The notes: generated from the sequence alone by a model not told the origin. A stretch of 64,000 nt of DNA from Ilumatobacteraceae bacterium (GCA_963848145.1 CAWKCN010000013.1:18268-82267), one strand, 5' to 3'; numbered from the stretch's first letter, positions 36,877 to 46,920 are shown. A program made the numbers and translations.

Positions 36877-37803
36877 ATGAGTGGGTTGTGCGAAGGGCGA
36901 GTTGCGATTGTCACCGGAGCGGGACGCGGTATCGGCCGCGAGCACGCACTGAGCCTGGCGCGTCAGGGGGCCAAGGTCGTCGTGAACGATCTCGGCGGCA
37001 ACGTCGACGGCAGTGGCGGCGACACCAGCCCGGCCCAGCAGGTCGTCGACGAGATCGTTGCGATGGGTGGTGAGGCCGTGGCCAACGGCGACAACGTCGC
37101 CGACTGGGAGGGCGCCCAGCGGATGATCAACACCGCCATCGAGACCTTCGGCGATCTCCATGCGCTCGTCAACAACGCGGGCATCCTCCGTGATCGGGTG
37201 TTGGCCAACATGACCGAAGAAGAGTGGGACTCGGTGATCAACGTGCACCTGAAGGGCACGTTTGCGCCGTCGCGGTGGGCGGTTGCGTACTGGCGCGAAC
37301 GGGCCAAGGCGGGCGAGGCGGTCAGTGGACGCATCGTCAACACCACGTCGGTGTCGGGCATCTACGGCAACCCGGGCCAGGCGAACTACGGCGCTGCCAA
37401 GGCGGGAATTGCCGCCTTCACGAACATCGTCGCGCTCGAAGTGGCCCGCTACGGCGTGACCGTCAACGCCGTCGGCCCGGTGGCGCTCACCCGGATGACC
37501 GAGGGTCTCGGCCCGGCACCGGAGACCGACGAGGAACGCGAGGCGCGCGCTCCGCACTGGATTGCGCCCATCGTCACGTGGCTGTGTTCCGACGAGGCTG
37601 CCGGCGTGACGGGCCGGGTCTTCGAAGCGTCGGGCCAGACGCTCGCAGTCGCGGAAGGTTGGGTTCGCGGGCCGTCGACCACGCCACTCGACGATCCGAC
37701 CAAGATCGGTCCGGTCGTCGCCGACCTGCTCGCCGGTGCCCGTCCCAACTCGGGGATGAACGGCGAGCCCGGTGGCTGGCCCCAGTCCATGCTCAACTCC
37801 TGA
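36877..37803 (+). CDS. SDR family oxidoreductase, MFE-2/Hsd4A-like
   Basis: A Shine-Dalgarno AGGAGG lies 8 nt upstream. The sequence MSGLCEGRVAIVTGAGRGIGREHAL...VVNDLGGNVDGSGG...YGAAKAG makes it a paralogue of the gene at 5357-6253. Confidence 0.9.
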   Translation: MSGLCEGRVAIVTGAGRGIGREHALSLARQGAKVVVNDLGGNVDGSGGDTSPAQQVVDEIVAMGGEAVANGDNVADWEGAQRMINTAIETFGDLHALVNNAGILRDRVLANMTEEEWDSVINVHLKGTFAPSRWAVAYWRERAKAGEAVSGRIVNTTSVSGIYGNPGQANYGAAKAGIAAFTNIVALEVARYGVTVNAVGPVALTRMTEGLGPAPETDEEREARAPHWIAPIVTWLCSDEAAGVTGRVFEASGQTLAVAEGWVRGPSTTPLDDPTKIGPVVADLLAGARPNSGMNGEPGGWPQSMLNS

Positions 37804-37820
37804 ACGAAAGCGAGACGCAC

Positions 37821-38678
37821 ATGCCACTCAATCCCGACGCCGTCGGCTCCACCAGCGAACCGGTCGAGGTCAGCTGGAACTCGAAGGACGCGCTGCTCTA
37901 TGCGGTCGGCATCGGTGCCGGCCACGAGGACCTCGCCTTCACCACCGAGAACACCAACGGTGTCGATCAACTGGTGTACCCGACATTCCCCGTCGTGATC
38001 GGTTGGGGGCGTGGCTCAGCGATGGGCAACATCGGCACCTTCAACCCGGCGCTGCTCGTGCACGGCCAGCAGGCGGTCACCCTCCACCAGCCGATTCCGG
38101 TCGAAGGCACGGTGTCGATCACGAGCGAGCTCGTTGCCATGTACGACAAGGGCAAGGCCGCAGTGGTCGTCACCGAATCGCGTGCGGTCATCGACGGCGA
38201 GCCGCTCTACACCAACACGTCGTCGGCGTTCATCCGTGGTGAAGGCGGCTGGGGCGGCGATCGGGGGCCGTCGGGCCCGAAGAACGTGCCGCCCGAGCGC
38301 GATCCCGACCATGTGGTGTCGTATCCGACGTCGATCGACCAGGCGTTCGTGTACCGCCTGTCCGGCGATCGGAACCCGCTGCACACCGATCCTGGGTTCG
38401 CAGCCATCGGTGGTTTCGACCGCCCGATCCTGCACGGGCTGTGCAGCTACGGCTTCACCGGTCGGGCGTTGCTCGCCGCAGTGTGCAGCAATGATCCTGG
38501 ACGTTTCCAGCACGTCGAGGCCCGCTTCGCGGCGCCGGTGCTGCCCGGCGACACGCTCACCATCACGATGTGGTCGGGCGGACCCGGCGAGACGCTCTTC
38601 ACGACGTCGGCGGTCGACCCGTCAGATCCGTCGACCGAGCGCGTCGTGATCGACCAGGGACTGCTCAAGCACACCTGA
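37821..38678 (+). CDS. MaoC-like (R)-specific enoyl-CoA hydratase, double hot-dog
   Basis: 285 aa. The C-terminal hydratase motif YRLSGDRNPLHTDPGFAA is present. It starts 18 nt after the SDR gene; together the two resemble a split multifunctional enzyme type 2. Confidence 0.9.
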   Translation: MPLNPDAVGSTSEPVEVSWNSKDALLYAVGIGAGHEDLAFTTENTNGVDQLVYPTFPVVIGWGRGSAMGNIGTFNPALLVHGQQAVTLHQPIPVEGTVSITSELVAMYDKGKAAVVVTESRAVIDGEPLYTNTSSAFIRGEGGWGGDRGPSGPKNVPPERDPDHVVSYPTSIDQAFVYRLSGDRNPLHTDPGFAAIGGFDRPILHGLCSYGFTGRALLAAVCSNDPGRFQHVEARFAAPVLPGDTLTITMWSGGPGETLFTTSAVDPSDPSTERVVIDQGLLKHT

Positions 38679-38694
38679 CCCGCCGCCGCCTCCA

Positions 38695-38824
38695 TCCCGA
38701 AAAATGCGCACGGTCGGATCATGGGCGGCACGTTCTGCGCACGTTTCGGTCCGGAAGCGGTCGCCTTCCCGAAATGTGCGCACATCTGCCCGCTCGTGAC
38801 GGCTCGGCGCGCATTTTTCGGGAG
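38695..38824. repeat. Nested inverted-repeat element: four copies of CCGAAAWRTGCGCAC in alternating orientation
   Basis: A1 at 38695-38711 is TCCCGAAAAATGCGCAC. B1 at 38736-38749 is TGCGCACGTTTCGG. A2 at 38766-38783 is TTCCCGAAATGTGCGCAC. B2 at 38807-38824 is GCGCGCATTTTTCGGGAG. A1 is complementary to B2 and A2 to B1, and also A1/B1 and A2/B2 with mismatches. The element fills the gap between the convergent MaoC gene and proS. Confidence 0.8.
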
Positions 38825-38850
38825 TTGGGGGGAGTGAGGTCCGTCCGTCG

Positions 38851-40620
38851 TCAGGACTGGCAGGCGGCGGTGAGGTGGGCAACGGCGTCGGCGAGGGCCA
38901 CGTCGTGTCGCTCGCCGGAGCGGCGGTCCTTGACCTCGATCGTCGGGTGCTCCTCGTCGCCCAGGCCGCGACCGACGATGGCGATGGTGGGGACGCCGAT
39001 CAACTCCGCATCCTTGAACTTCACGCCTGGTGACGGCCCGTAGCGATCGTCCAGCAGTACTCGCAGCCCGGCAGCTTCGAGGTCTGCCGCGAGTTGCTCG
39101 CCGGCAGGGATCTGGGGGCCGTCCGCCTTGCCGGCGATCACCACGTGGACATCGGCAGGAGCGATCTCGCGGGGCCACACCAGTCCGATGTCGTCATGGT
39201 TCGCCTCGGCGATCGCCGCCAGCGCACGTGTGACACCGACGCCGTACGAGCCCATCGTGGGGACGACCGGCTTGCCGTTCTCGTCCTGCACCTTCAGTTC
39301 CAACGCCTCGGCGTACTTGCGGCCGAGCTGGAAGATGTGGCCGATCTCGATGCCTCGAGCGATCTCGACGGCCGAGCCACACGCAGGGCAGACGTCGCCG
39401 TCGCGGATCTCGGCGGCCTCGATCGTGCCGTCGGGCGTGAAGTCGCGACCAGCGACCAGGTCGACGACGTGATGGCCGGTCGAGTCTGCACCGGTGATCC
39501 ATGCCGTGCCGTCGGCGATGCGAGGATCGACGAGGTATCGGATGCCCGAAACGTTCCCCGATCCGAGCACGCCGGGGCCGATGTAGCCCTTGGCCAGCGA
39601 CGGGTTCTTGGCGAAGTCGGCGTCGCCGAAGGGCTCGGGCTCAGCGGGCGCCACCTGCGCTTCGAGTCGCTTCATGTCGACCTCGCGGTCGCCGGGCAGC
39701 CCGATTGCCAGCGGCTCGATCGTGCCGTCGGGGTGCTTCAGGTTCACCACGACGTTCTTCAGCGTGTCGGCAGCGGTCCAGTCTCGGTCCGGGTGACGCA
39801 CGGCCGCATCGCCGTTCACGAAGTCGACCAGCGTTGCGATCGTGGGCGTGTCAGGTGTGTCGTGCACCACGGCTGCAGGCAGACCGTCGAACGCGACGGC
39901 CGGGGGAGCGGGGGTCATCACGGCTTCGACGTTGGCTGCGTAGTCGCAGGACGTGCAGCGGATGAAGGTGTCCTCTCCGACGTCCATCGGGGCCAGGAAC
40001 TCCTCCGACGCCGAGCCACCCATCGCTCCTGACATCGCCGACACGATCACGTAGGGCAACTCGAGACGATCGAACAGCGAAATGTAGGCAGCCCGATGCC
40101 GGTCGTACGACGCTTGCAGGCCGTCATCGTCGAGGTCGAAGCTGTAGGAGTCCTTCATCACGAACTCGCGACCGCGGAGCAGCCCGGCTCGGGGACGGGC
40201 CTCATCGCGGTACTTGGTCTGGATCTGATAGATCGACAGCGGCAGGTCCTTGTACGACCCGCAGATGTCCTTGACCATCAGGGTGAACATCTCCTCGTGG
40301 GTGGGCGCCAGGAGGAAGTCGGCACCCTTGCGGTCCTGGAGCCGGAACAGGTTGTCGCCGTACTCGGTCCATCGTCCGGTGGCCTCGTAGGGCTCGCGGG
40401 GGAGCAGTGCAGGGAAGTGGACCTCCTGGAAACCTGCGGCGTCCATCTCCTCGCGCACGATCCGTTCGACGTTTCGGTACACGAGCCACCCGAGCGGCAA
40501 CCACGAGAAGCCTCCGGGTGCGGCGCGGCGGATGTAGCCGGCCCGCACGAGCAGGCGATGGCTTGCGACCTCGGCGTCGGCCGGGTCGTCACGCAGGGTC
40601 CGCAGGAACAGAGTCGACAT
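38851..40620 (-). CDS. proS: Proline--tRNA ligase
   Basis: The ATG (cat 40618-40620) gives [32 protein letters not shown]..., a canonical bacterial ProRS N-terminus. 589 aa with an editing-domain insertion. Confidence 0.95.
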   Translation of the reverse strand: MSTLFLRTLRDDPADAEVASHRLLVRAGYIRRAAPGGFSWLPLGWLVYRNVERIVREEMDAAGFQEVHFPALLPREPYEATGRWTEYGDNLFRLQDRKGADFLLAPTHEEMFTLMVKDICGSYKDLPLSIYQIQTKYRDEARPRAGLLRGREFVMKDSYSFDLDDDGLQASYDRHRAAYISLFDRLELPYVIVSAMSGAMGGSASEEFLAPMDVGEDTFIRCTSCDYAANVEAVMTPAPPAVAFDGLPAAVVHDTPDTPTIATLVDFVNGDAAVRHPDRDWTAADTLKNVVVNLKHPDGTIEPLAIGLPGDREVDMKRLEAQVAPAEPEPFGDADFAKNPSLAKGYIGPGVLGSGNVSGIRYLVDPRIADGTAWITGADSTGHHVVDLVAGRDFTPDGTIEAAEIRDGDVCPACGSAVEIARGIEIGHIFQLGRKYAEALELKVQDENGKPVVPTMGSYGVGVTRALAAIAEANHDDIGLVWPREIAPADVHVVIAGKADGPQIPAGEQLAADLEAAGLRVLLDDRYGPSPGVKFKDAELIGVPTIAIVGRGLGDEEHPTIEVKDRRSGERHDVALADAVAHLTAACQS

Positions 40621-40757
40621 CCGAAGCACGGCGGCACTGTATCGACAGCCGAGCGGTGCGGCGATGAGCGCAAGGCGATGAGTTCGCGCGCCGACGGGTC
40701 GCACGCAGGCTGATCGCTCGCTGCTCTGGGCCATGTCCAACCGACCCCTGCCGCTGC

Positions 40758-40825
40758 TATGATCGGGGGTCCATTTGGTTTGGTACCGAAAGGCGTGGGG
40801 CTGAGCCCCACGCCTTGTTTGTTGA
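40758..40825 (+). promoter_or_regulatory. rimP-nusA-infB leader: -10-like TATGAT plus intrinsic-terminator-like hairpin (possible attenuator)
   Basis: TATGAT lies at 40758-40763, with TGTCCA 18 nt upstream. A perfect 12-bp stem AAGGCGTGGGGC (40790-40801) / GCCCCACGCCTT (40805-40816) has a 3-nt loop and is followed by GTTTGTTG. The SD AAAGGAGG (40826-40833) and the ATG at 40841 follow. No plus-strand gene lies upstream for it to terminate. Confidence 0.5.
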
Positions 40826-40840
40826 AAGGAGGCAGTTCGC

Positions 40841-41458
40841 ATGAGTGCATCGACCGAGATCGATCGAGTTCACGCTCTCGTGGCACCGATCGCTGCCGAC
40901 CTCCAACTCGACGTGTACGACATCGAGCGGCGCGGCGCCACGATGCGCGTCACGCTCGACACACCTCCTGGCTCCGAGGGCGGCATCACGCTCGACTCGC
41001 TGTCGCTCGCCACCCGCCTGATCTCGCGTGAGCTCGACCACGAGGATCCGGTTGCAGGGCACTACACCCTCGAAGTCACCAGCCCGGGCCTCGAGCGCCC
41101 ACTGCGCACTCCCGCACACTTCCAGCGTGAGGTCGGCAAGACCATCACCGCCCGCCTCCGCGACCCGCAGGCAGATCCACGTCGCGTGCAGGGCGTGCTC
41201 GCCGCCGCCGACGAGACGTCGGCAACGCTGCTGCTCGACGATGGCACCGAGCGCACGTTGGCGCTCGACGAGATCGACAAGTCCCGCACCGTCTTCGAGT
41301 GGGGGCCGAAGCCGAAACCCGGCAAGCAGCCCTCCGGCAAGAAGAAGCCGGGCAAGAACGCATCGGGCACGACCAACTCGGACGGGAACCAGCCGAGCAC
41401 GAAGCCCACGACCCCCACCTCGAACCCGGAATCGAACAAGGAGAAGCAACCGTCATGA
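40841..41458 (+). CDS. rimP: Ribosome maturation factor RimP (with Lys/Pro-rich C-terminal tail)
   Basis: The sequence ...[16 protein letters not shown]...[26 protein letters not shown] is the RimP signature. 205 aa. The last ~50 aa are low complexity ([16 protein letters not shown]...). Confidence 0.9.
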   Translation: MSASTEIDRVHALVAPIAADLQLDVYDIERRGATMRVTLDTPPGSEGGITLDSLSLATRLISRELDHEDPVAGHYTLEVTSPGLERPLRTPAHFQREVGKTITARLRDPQADPRRVQGVLAAADETSATLLLDDGTERTLALDEIDKSRTVFEWGPKPKPGKQPSGKKKPGKNASGTTNSDGNQPSTKPTTPTSNPESNKEKQPS

Positions 41459-42819
41459 GCAACCTCGACATGAGCGAGGCCATTGGCATGCTGGCCCAGG
41501 AGAAGGGCATCTCCGAAGACACGCTGCTGCATGTTCTCGTCGATGCCCTCGCGTCGGCGTACAAGCGGCGCCCCGACGCTGCTGACGAAGTGGTCGTCGA
41601 GGTCAATCCCGAGTCGATGGAGTTCTCGTTCATCGCCTACGACGTCGACGAAGACGGCAACTGGGTCAACGAGCGCGACGACACTCCGAAGAAGGAAGAG
41701 CTCGGCCGCATCGCTGCACAGACGTTCCGTCAGGTGATGAGCCAGCGCATCCGCGAGGTCGAATCCGAGCGCAAGTTCGAGGAGTACGCGAACCGCGAAG
41801 GCGACATCGTCACCGGCATCATCCAGCGCACCGACGCCCGCTACACGCTGCTCGACCTCGGACGGGTCGAGGCGCTGCTGCCCCAGGCCGAGCAGGTGCC
41901 GTTCGAGCGTCCCGCCCAGGGCGATCGCCAGAAGGCGTACATCGTCGAGGTCCGCCGCACGCCGAAGGGCCCCCAGATCGTCGTGTCCCGCACGCACCCG
42001 GGTCTCATCAAGCGTCTGTTCGAGTTGGAAGTACCCGAGATCGCCGACGGAATCGTCGAGATCAAGGCGTGCGCCCGTGAACCGGGTCACCGCACCAAGA
42101 TCGCCGTCTGGTCGAACGACCACAACGTCGATCCGGTCGGTGCGTGCGTCGGCGCCCGTGGCGGCCGCGTGCGCATGGTCGTCAACGAGATGCGCGGCGA
42201 GAAGATCGACATCGTGCCGTTCAGCGAGGACCTGGCCGACTTCGTCGCCAAGGCCCTGTCGCCGGCGAAGGTGACCCAGGTGAACATCTCCGACGATGGC
42301 ACCGCCGCCGACGTGATCGTGCCCGACCATCAGCTCAGCCTCGCAATCGGCCGTGAGGGCCAGAACGCTCGACTCGCCGCCCGTCTCACCGGTGTGCGCG
42401 TCGACATCCGTTCCGAGACGCAGCTCGCCGAGGGTGTTCCCGCCGGCGGCCGCGACGCCGACGTCGAGTACGCCGATGGTGAGTGGCGAGCCAACGCCGA
42501 GACCGGCGAGATGGAGTGGCACGCCGCCGATGGCAGCGTGATCAGCGAAGCCGACTGGCAGGCTCAGGCCGCCGCCGCGGGCGAAGCCGATGCGGCAAGC
42601 GACGAGACGGAGACCTCCGACGAGTCGGGCGCCACGAACGCCGAGGACGCCGCGGGCGCCACGGACGCTGCGGACGCGGCGGACGGTGAAGCCGGCGAAG
42701 ACGCTGCCGTGGCAGACACCGCCGACGCAGTTGCCGACAGCGCCGATGCGGTCGACACCGCCGACGAGTCCGGCGATCCGGGCGAGAGCGACGAGCCAGC
42801 CAGCGGTCGAAGAAAGTGA
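41455..42819 (+). CDS. nusA: Transcription termination/antitermination factor NusA (with ~130-aa acidic C-terminal tail)
   Basis: The ATG overlaps the rimP TGA (ATGA). S1 and KH domains are present (…GDIVTGIIQR…, …DPVGACVGARGGRV…, …LAIGREGQNARLAARLTG…). The tail is rich in D/E/A (ADAADGEAGEDAAVADTADAVADSADAVD). Confidence 0.95.
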   Translation: MSNLDMSEAIGMLAQEKGISEDTLLHVLVDALASAYKRRPDAADEVVVEVNPESMEFSFIAYDVDEDGNWVNERDDTPKKEELGRIAAQTFRQVMSQRIREVESERKFEEYANREGDIVTGIIQRTDARYTLLDLGRVEALLPQAEQVPFERPAQGDRQKAYIVEVRRTPKGPQIVVSRTHPGLIKRLFELEVPEIADGIVEIKACAREPGHRTKIAVWSNDHNVDPVGACVGARGGRVRMVVNEMRGEKIDIVPFSEDLADFVAKALSPAKVTQVNISDDGTAADVIVPDHQLSLAIGREGQNARLAARLTGVRVDIRSETQLAEGVPAGGRDADVEYADGEWRANAETGEMEWHAADGSVISEADWQAQAAAAGEADAASDETETSDESGATNAEDAAGATDAADAADGEAGEDAAVADTADAVADSADAVDTADESGDPGESDEPASGRRK

Positions 42820-42876
42820 AGCGGTCGAAGCAAGTGAAGCGGACGACGAGCCCGCCAACGAGAAGGCTGGCGACGA

Positions 42877-43194
42877 CTGAGTGTTGCCGATCGCCCCGAA
42901 CCCGTTCGCAGCTGTGTCGGTTGTCGGCAGCGACGCCCGCAGTCGGCACTCGTGCGAGTCACGAGGTCTGCTGCCGACATCGCAGTCGACGGTCCGAGCG
43001 ACGGGCGCGGCGCGTGGGTGTGTCGGTCGGCAGTCGATGGCGGAATCGCCGCATCGAGCTGTGTCGACGCAGCGCTGTCTCGCCGTGCGTTCGCACGTGC
43101 GTGGCGCAGCGAGGTCACCTCATCCGACGAGGCGGCAATCAACGAACTCCTCGGCCCTCGGGCCGAACGTGACGAACACCCGGATGCGCATTGA
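42877..43194 (+). CDS. ylxR: YlxR/DUF448 family RNA-binding protein; no canonical start codon in frame
   Basis: This frame encodes ...ADRPEPVRSCVGCRQRRPQSALVRVTRSAADIAVDGPSDGRGAWVCRS...CVDAALSRRAFARAWR, the YlxR signature. It opens after TGA 42835-42837 and has no ATG/GTG/TTG before the GTG at 42952, which lies downstream of the conserved CxxC. CTG 42877 is the only near-cognate candidate, with AGAAGG 10 nt upstream. Confidence 0.55.
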   Translation: MSVADRPEPVRSCVGCRQRRPQSALVRVTRSAADIAVDGPSDGRGAWVCRSAVDGGIAASSCVDAALSRRAFARAWRSEVTSSDEAAINELLGPRAERDEHPDAH

Positions 43195-43243
43195 TTCCAG
43201 CATCCGCGAGGCAAAGACGACTGTGAAAGGTTGAATCGACAAC

Positions 43244-46219
43244 GTGGCTGCGAAGAAGATCAGGATCCACGAGCTCGCGAAAGAGCTCGGGATGACGAAC
43301 GCCGAGGTCCTCGACCTCTGCGGTGTGCTCGGCGTTGCCGCCAAGGGCCCGTCGTCCTCACTCGCTGAGGCGTATGCCGACATGGTGACCCGTCGCGCCG
43401 AGCGCGACGGGTTGACACGCGACGAGCAACCCGAAGAACCCAAGCCCGTCAAGAAGGCCGCCAAGAAGAAGGCGCCCGCCAAGAAGAAGGCCGCCGCCGG
43501 CGACGCCGCTGCGAAGCCGAAGACTGCCAAGAAGGCTGCCGCGAAGACCACAGCAGCCAAGAAGGAGTCGGCCCCTGCCGGCGACGACGACAACGATCAG
43601 GTGGCGCCCGAGGCCGAGCCAGCGGTTGCCGACAGCGCACCCGCAACGCCCGCACCCGAGTCCGAGGCCCCCGCGGAGCAGTCACCCGACCCAGCGCCCG
43701 CCCCAGAGCCGGCGCCTGCGGCCGAATCGGTCGAGGCCGCGCCCGCACCCGAGTCTGCACCGGCACCGGAGGCTGCGCCGGCGCCTGTCGCCGACGCGCC
43801 GACCGAGCCGCCTGCCGCGGCCGCCGCGTCCGACGCATCGCCCTCGCCGGCCCCTGTGGCCGAACCTCCCGCAGCTGCGACTGCGCCGGAGTCGGCGCCC
43901 GCCGCAGCCGAACCGGCGCCGGCCGAGGCGCCTGCGCAATCCGCAGACGCTGCCGAGTCGTCGGCGCGGGTCATCTCCAGCGGCCGACCCACCGCAGGTG
44001 GCCGACCCCCCGAGCAGGCTGCTGCGCCCACCGAAGCCCGTCGTCCGGCGACCGACCGTCCAGCAGACGGCGCCCCGGCGGAACGCCCGCTGTCGCCCAG
44101 CGGCAAGGCGATCCCGCCGCCACCCGGCCGTCCGTTGTCGCCCAGCGGCAAGGTCATCCCGCCGCCACCCGGTTCAGCACGCCCGGCAGCACGTCCCGGC
44201 GGCGGCCCCGGCGGTGCGCGCCCACGTCCGGGTGGCTTCACGCCTCGCCCCGGCGGCGGCCCCGGCGGTGGCGGACCTCGTCCCGGTGGCGGTCCCGGCG
44301 GTGGCGGTCCCGGCCGCCCCGGTGGCAATCGGCCCAGTGGCCAGCGGCGCCCGCCGCGCCGTACCGGTCGTCGGCGTCGTCGTCGCGACCAGGACGACCT
44401 GCAGCCGCAGTTCACGACCTACACGTCCTCCGATGCGCCCGTCCCCGAGGGCGAGGTCATCATCGAGCGCGGTGTGTCGGCTCAGGAGTTCGCTCCCAAG
44501 CTGAACCGTACGGCCGCCGACGTCGTCCGCTTCCTGCTCAACAACGGAGAGATGGTCACTGCGACCATGACGCTCGCCGACGAGCAGATGGAGCTGTTCG
44601 CACTCGAGGTCGGCGCGGAGATCCTGCTGGTCGAACCCGGCCAACAGGAAGAGGTCGAGCTGCAGAAGCTGTTCGACGACTCCGACGACGACGAGGCCCA
44701 GGAGCCTCGCCCGCCGGTCATCACGGTGATGGGCCACGTCGACCACGGCAAGACCACGCTGCTCGACAACATCCGCGGCGCCAACGTCGTCGACGGTGAA
44801 GCAGGCGGCATCACCCAGCACATCGGTGCCTATCAGGTGCAGAACGACAACGGTTCGGTCACGTTCCTCGACACCCCGGGGCACGCCGCGTTCACGCAGA
44901 TGCGCGCCCGCGGCGCCGATGCAACCGACATCGTCGTCCTGATGGTCGCCGCCGACGACGGTCTGATGCCGCAGACGATCGAGGCGATCAACCACGCCCG
45001 TGCCGCTGACGTTCCGATCGTGGTGGCAGTCAACAAGATCGACAAGGACAACGCCGATCCGCAGCGCGTCCTCACGCAGCTCGCCGAGTACGAACTCGTG
45101 CCCGAGTCGTGGGGTGGCGACACGATCGTCGTCGAGATGTCGGCCCTGCAGGGCCTCGGTGTCGACGACCTGATCGAGCAGCTGCAGGTGGTCGCCGAAC
45201 TCGAAGAGCTCACCGCCAACCCCACTGGGCGAGCGAAGGGCATCGTCATCGAAGCCCAGCTCGACAAGGGCCGTGGTCCGGTTGCGACCATCCTCGTCGA
45301 CAAGGGCGAACTCAAGGTCGGCGACCCGATCGTGGCCGGCGCCGCGTGGGGCAAGGTCCGAGCGATGATCAACGACAAGGGCGAGCAGGTCAAGGTGGCT
45401 GGTCCGTCGACACCGGTACAGGTCTTGGGCCTGTCGCTGGTTCCCGAAGCCGGTGACGAGTTCCGTGCCGCACCCGACGAGAAGATCGCTCGCACGGTCG
45501 CCGAAGCTCGCGAGCTGCGTCTCAAGGCCAAGCACCTCCGAGAAGATGCCCGCGTCAAGACGGGCACGAAGCTCGAGGACATCTTCGCCCAGATCCAGTC
45601 GGGCGAGAAGGCCTCGGTCAACCTCATCCTGAAAGCGGACGTGCAAGGTTCGCTCGAGGCGGTCACCGAGTCGTTGCGGCGTCTCGAACGCGACGAGGTC
45701 AACGTCAGCTTCGTCCACCGCGCTGTTGGTGGGATCACCGAGAACGACATCACCCTCGCCAACGCAACCAACGCCACGATCATCGGCTTCAACGTGCGTC
45801 CCGACGGCAAGGCCCGCAAGCTCGCCGAGCAGGAGCAGGTCGAGATCCGAACCTACGAGATCATCTACAAGCTCCTCGAGGACATCGAGCAGGCCGTTGT
45901 CGGCATGCTCGAGCCCGAGTTCGAGGAGCAGGTCACCGGCGAAGCCGAGGTCCGTGAGATCTTCAAGGTGCCCAAGCTGGGCGCGATCGCCGGTTGCTAC
46001 GTTCGCTCGGGCGTCATCACCCGTGGTTCGAAGGTGCGCTTCCTGCGTGACGGCACGATCATCTGGAAGGGCGACATCAGCTCGTTGCGCCGGTTCAAGG
46101 ACGACGCTCGTGAGGTCCGCGAGGGCTTCGAGTGTGGCATCGGCCTGTCCGACTTCCAGGACCTCAAGCCGGGTGACCTCATCGAGACCTACGACGACGT
46201 CGAGATCGCTCGAACCTGA
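43244..46219 (+). CDS. infB: Translation initiation factor IF-2
   Basis: GTG start. The N-terminus is [17 protein letters not shown] long Ala/Pro/Gly-rich linker precedes the G domain ([26 protein letters not shown]). 991 aa. Confidence 0.95.
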   Translation: MAAKKIRIHELAKELGMTNAEVLDLCGVLGVAAKGPSSSLAEAYADMVTRRAERDGLTRDEQPEEPKPVKKAAKKKAPAKKKAAAGDAAAKPKTAKKAAAKTTAAKKESAPAGDDDNDQVAPEAEPAVADSAPATPAPESEAPAEQSPDPAPAPEPAPAAESVEAAPAPESAPAPEAAPAPVADAPTEPPAAAAASDASPSPAPVAEPPAAATAPESAPAAAEPAPAEAPAQSADAAESSARVISSGRPTAGGRPPEQAAAPTEARRPATDRPADGAPAERPLSPSGKAIPPPPGRPLSPSGKVIPPPPGSARPAARPGGGPGGARPRPGGFTPRPGGGPGGGGPRPGGGPGGGGPGRPGGNRPSGQRRPPRRTGRRRRRRDQDDLQPQFTTYTSSDAPVPEGEVIIERGVSAQEFAPKLNRTAADVVRFLLNNGEMVTATMTLADEQMELFALEVGAEILLVEPGQQEEVELQKLFDDSDDDEAQEPRPPVITVMGHVDHGKTTLLDNIRGANVVDGEAGGITQHIGAYQVQNDNGSVTFLDTPGHAAFTQMRARGADATDIVVLMVAADDGLMPQTIEAINHARAADVPIVVAVNKIDKDNADPQRVLTQLAEYELVPESWGGDTIVVEMSALQGLGVDDLIEQLQVVAELEELTANPTGRAKGIVIEAQLDKGRGPVATILVDKGELKVGDPIVAGAAWGKVRAMINDKGEQVKVAGPSTPVQVLGLSLVPEAGDEFRAAPDEKIARTVAEARELRLKAKHLREDARVKTGTKLEDIFAQIQSGEKASVNLILKADVQGSLEAVTESLRRLERDEVNVSFVHRAVGGITENDITLANATNATIIGFNVRPDGKARKLAEQEQVEIRTYEIIYKLLEDIEQAVVGMLEPEFEEQVTGEAEVREIFKVPKLGAIAGCYVRSGVITRGSKVRFLRDGTIIWKGDISSLRRFKDDAREVREGFECGIGLSDFQDLKPGDLIETYDDVEIART
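44087..44176 (+). repeat. In-frame 45-bp tandem duplication inside infB ([15 protein letters not shown] / [15 protein letters not shown])
   Basis: The two adjacent 45-bp units differ at a few positions and lie within the low-complexity N-terminal region of IF-2. Confidence 0.85.
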
Positions 46220-46272
46220 GCGTTCGAAGCGTTCCGGGCGAAGCCGGTCGCGGCCATCGCCGGTAGGTTGCA

Positions 46273-46920
46273 GTGATGTCTGCCGACCTCGACTTCTTCT
46301 TCGATCCCGTGTGCCCGTGGGCGTGGATCACGTCACGCTGGGTTGTCAACGTCAGCGATCAACGCGACTACGAGGTCGACTGGCGGTTCATCTCGCTGTG
46401 GATTCTCAACGAGGACAACCATCAGGAGTGGTACACGCCGCAGTATCGGGCCGGTCACTACCGGGGCCAGCAGGGCCTGCGCATCGCCGACTCGATCCGT
46501 CTCGCCGGTGACGACCCCGCGGCGGTCGGGCGGTGGTACACGGCGATCGGTGAAGCGCTCCATGTCGGTCGGCAGCGAGAGCAGGCCGCCGCCGACGCAC
46601 TGGGCTGGTACGGCAGTCTTCTCGCCGGTTCCGGCTTCGATCAGTCGCACCTCGACGCAGCCGACGACGACTCGCACGACGCCTACATCCGAGCTGACAC
46701 CGAGTTGGCGCTCAGCCGTACCGGCAAGGACGTCGGCACGCCGATCCTGACGTTCCATCCGGGCGCCGACAACGAGGCGAGCTTCTTCGGGCCCGTGATC
46801 TCCAAGGCGCCTCGCGGCACTGAGGCGGTCGAACTGTGGGACGCCGTCGAGAAGCTGGCAACGATGTCCGGAATGGCAGAACTCAAGCGATCCAACCGGG
46901 TCGCACCCGACTTCACCTGA
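46273..46920 (+). CDS. DsbA-fold thioredoxin-like protein, Rv2466c (mycothiol-dependent reductase)-like, monothiol CPWA variant
   Basis: The N-terminus (FFFDPVCPWAWITSRW) and C-terminus (DVGTPILTF...FFGPVISKAPRGTEAVELWDAV...ELKRS) closely parallel my recollection of M. tuberculosis Rv2466c (FDPLCPWCWITSRW ... FFGPVLSKIPRGEEAGKLWDAS). The second active-site Cys is Ala here. Confidence 0.75.
   Translation: MMSADLDFFFDPVCPWAWITSRWVVNVSDQRDYEVDWRFISLWILNEDNHQEWYTPQYRAGHYRGQQGLRIADSIRLAGDDPAAVGRWYTAIGEALHVGRQREQAAADALGWYGSLLAGSGFDQSHLDAADDDSHDAYIRADTELALSRTGKDVGTPILTFHPGADNEASFFGPVISKAPRGTEAVELWDAVEKLATMSGMAELKRSNRVAPDFT

Noticed and set aside
42881-43234. 117-aa GTG-initiated ORF overlapping the ylxR region
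   Set aside because: Its translation (MLPIAPNPFAAVSVVGSDARSRHSCESRG...) lacks any YlxR signature, which instead appears in the neighbouring frame. The ORF is relevant only as a possible displaced start codon if an indel is present.
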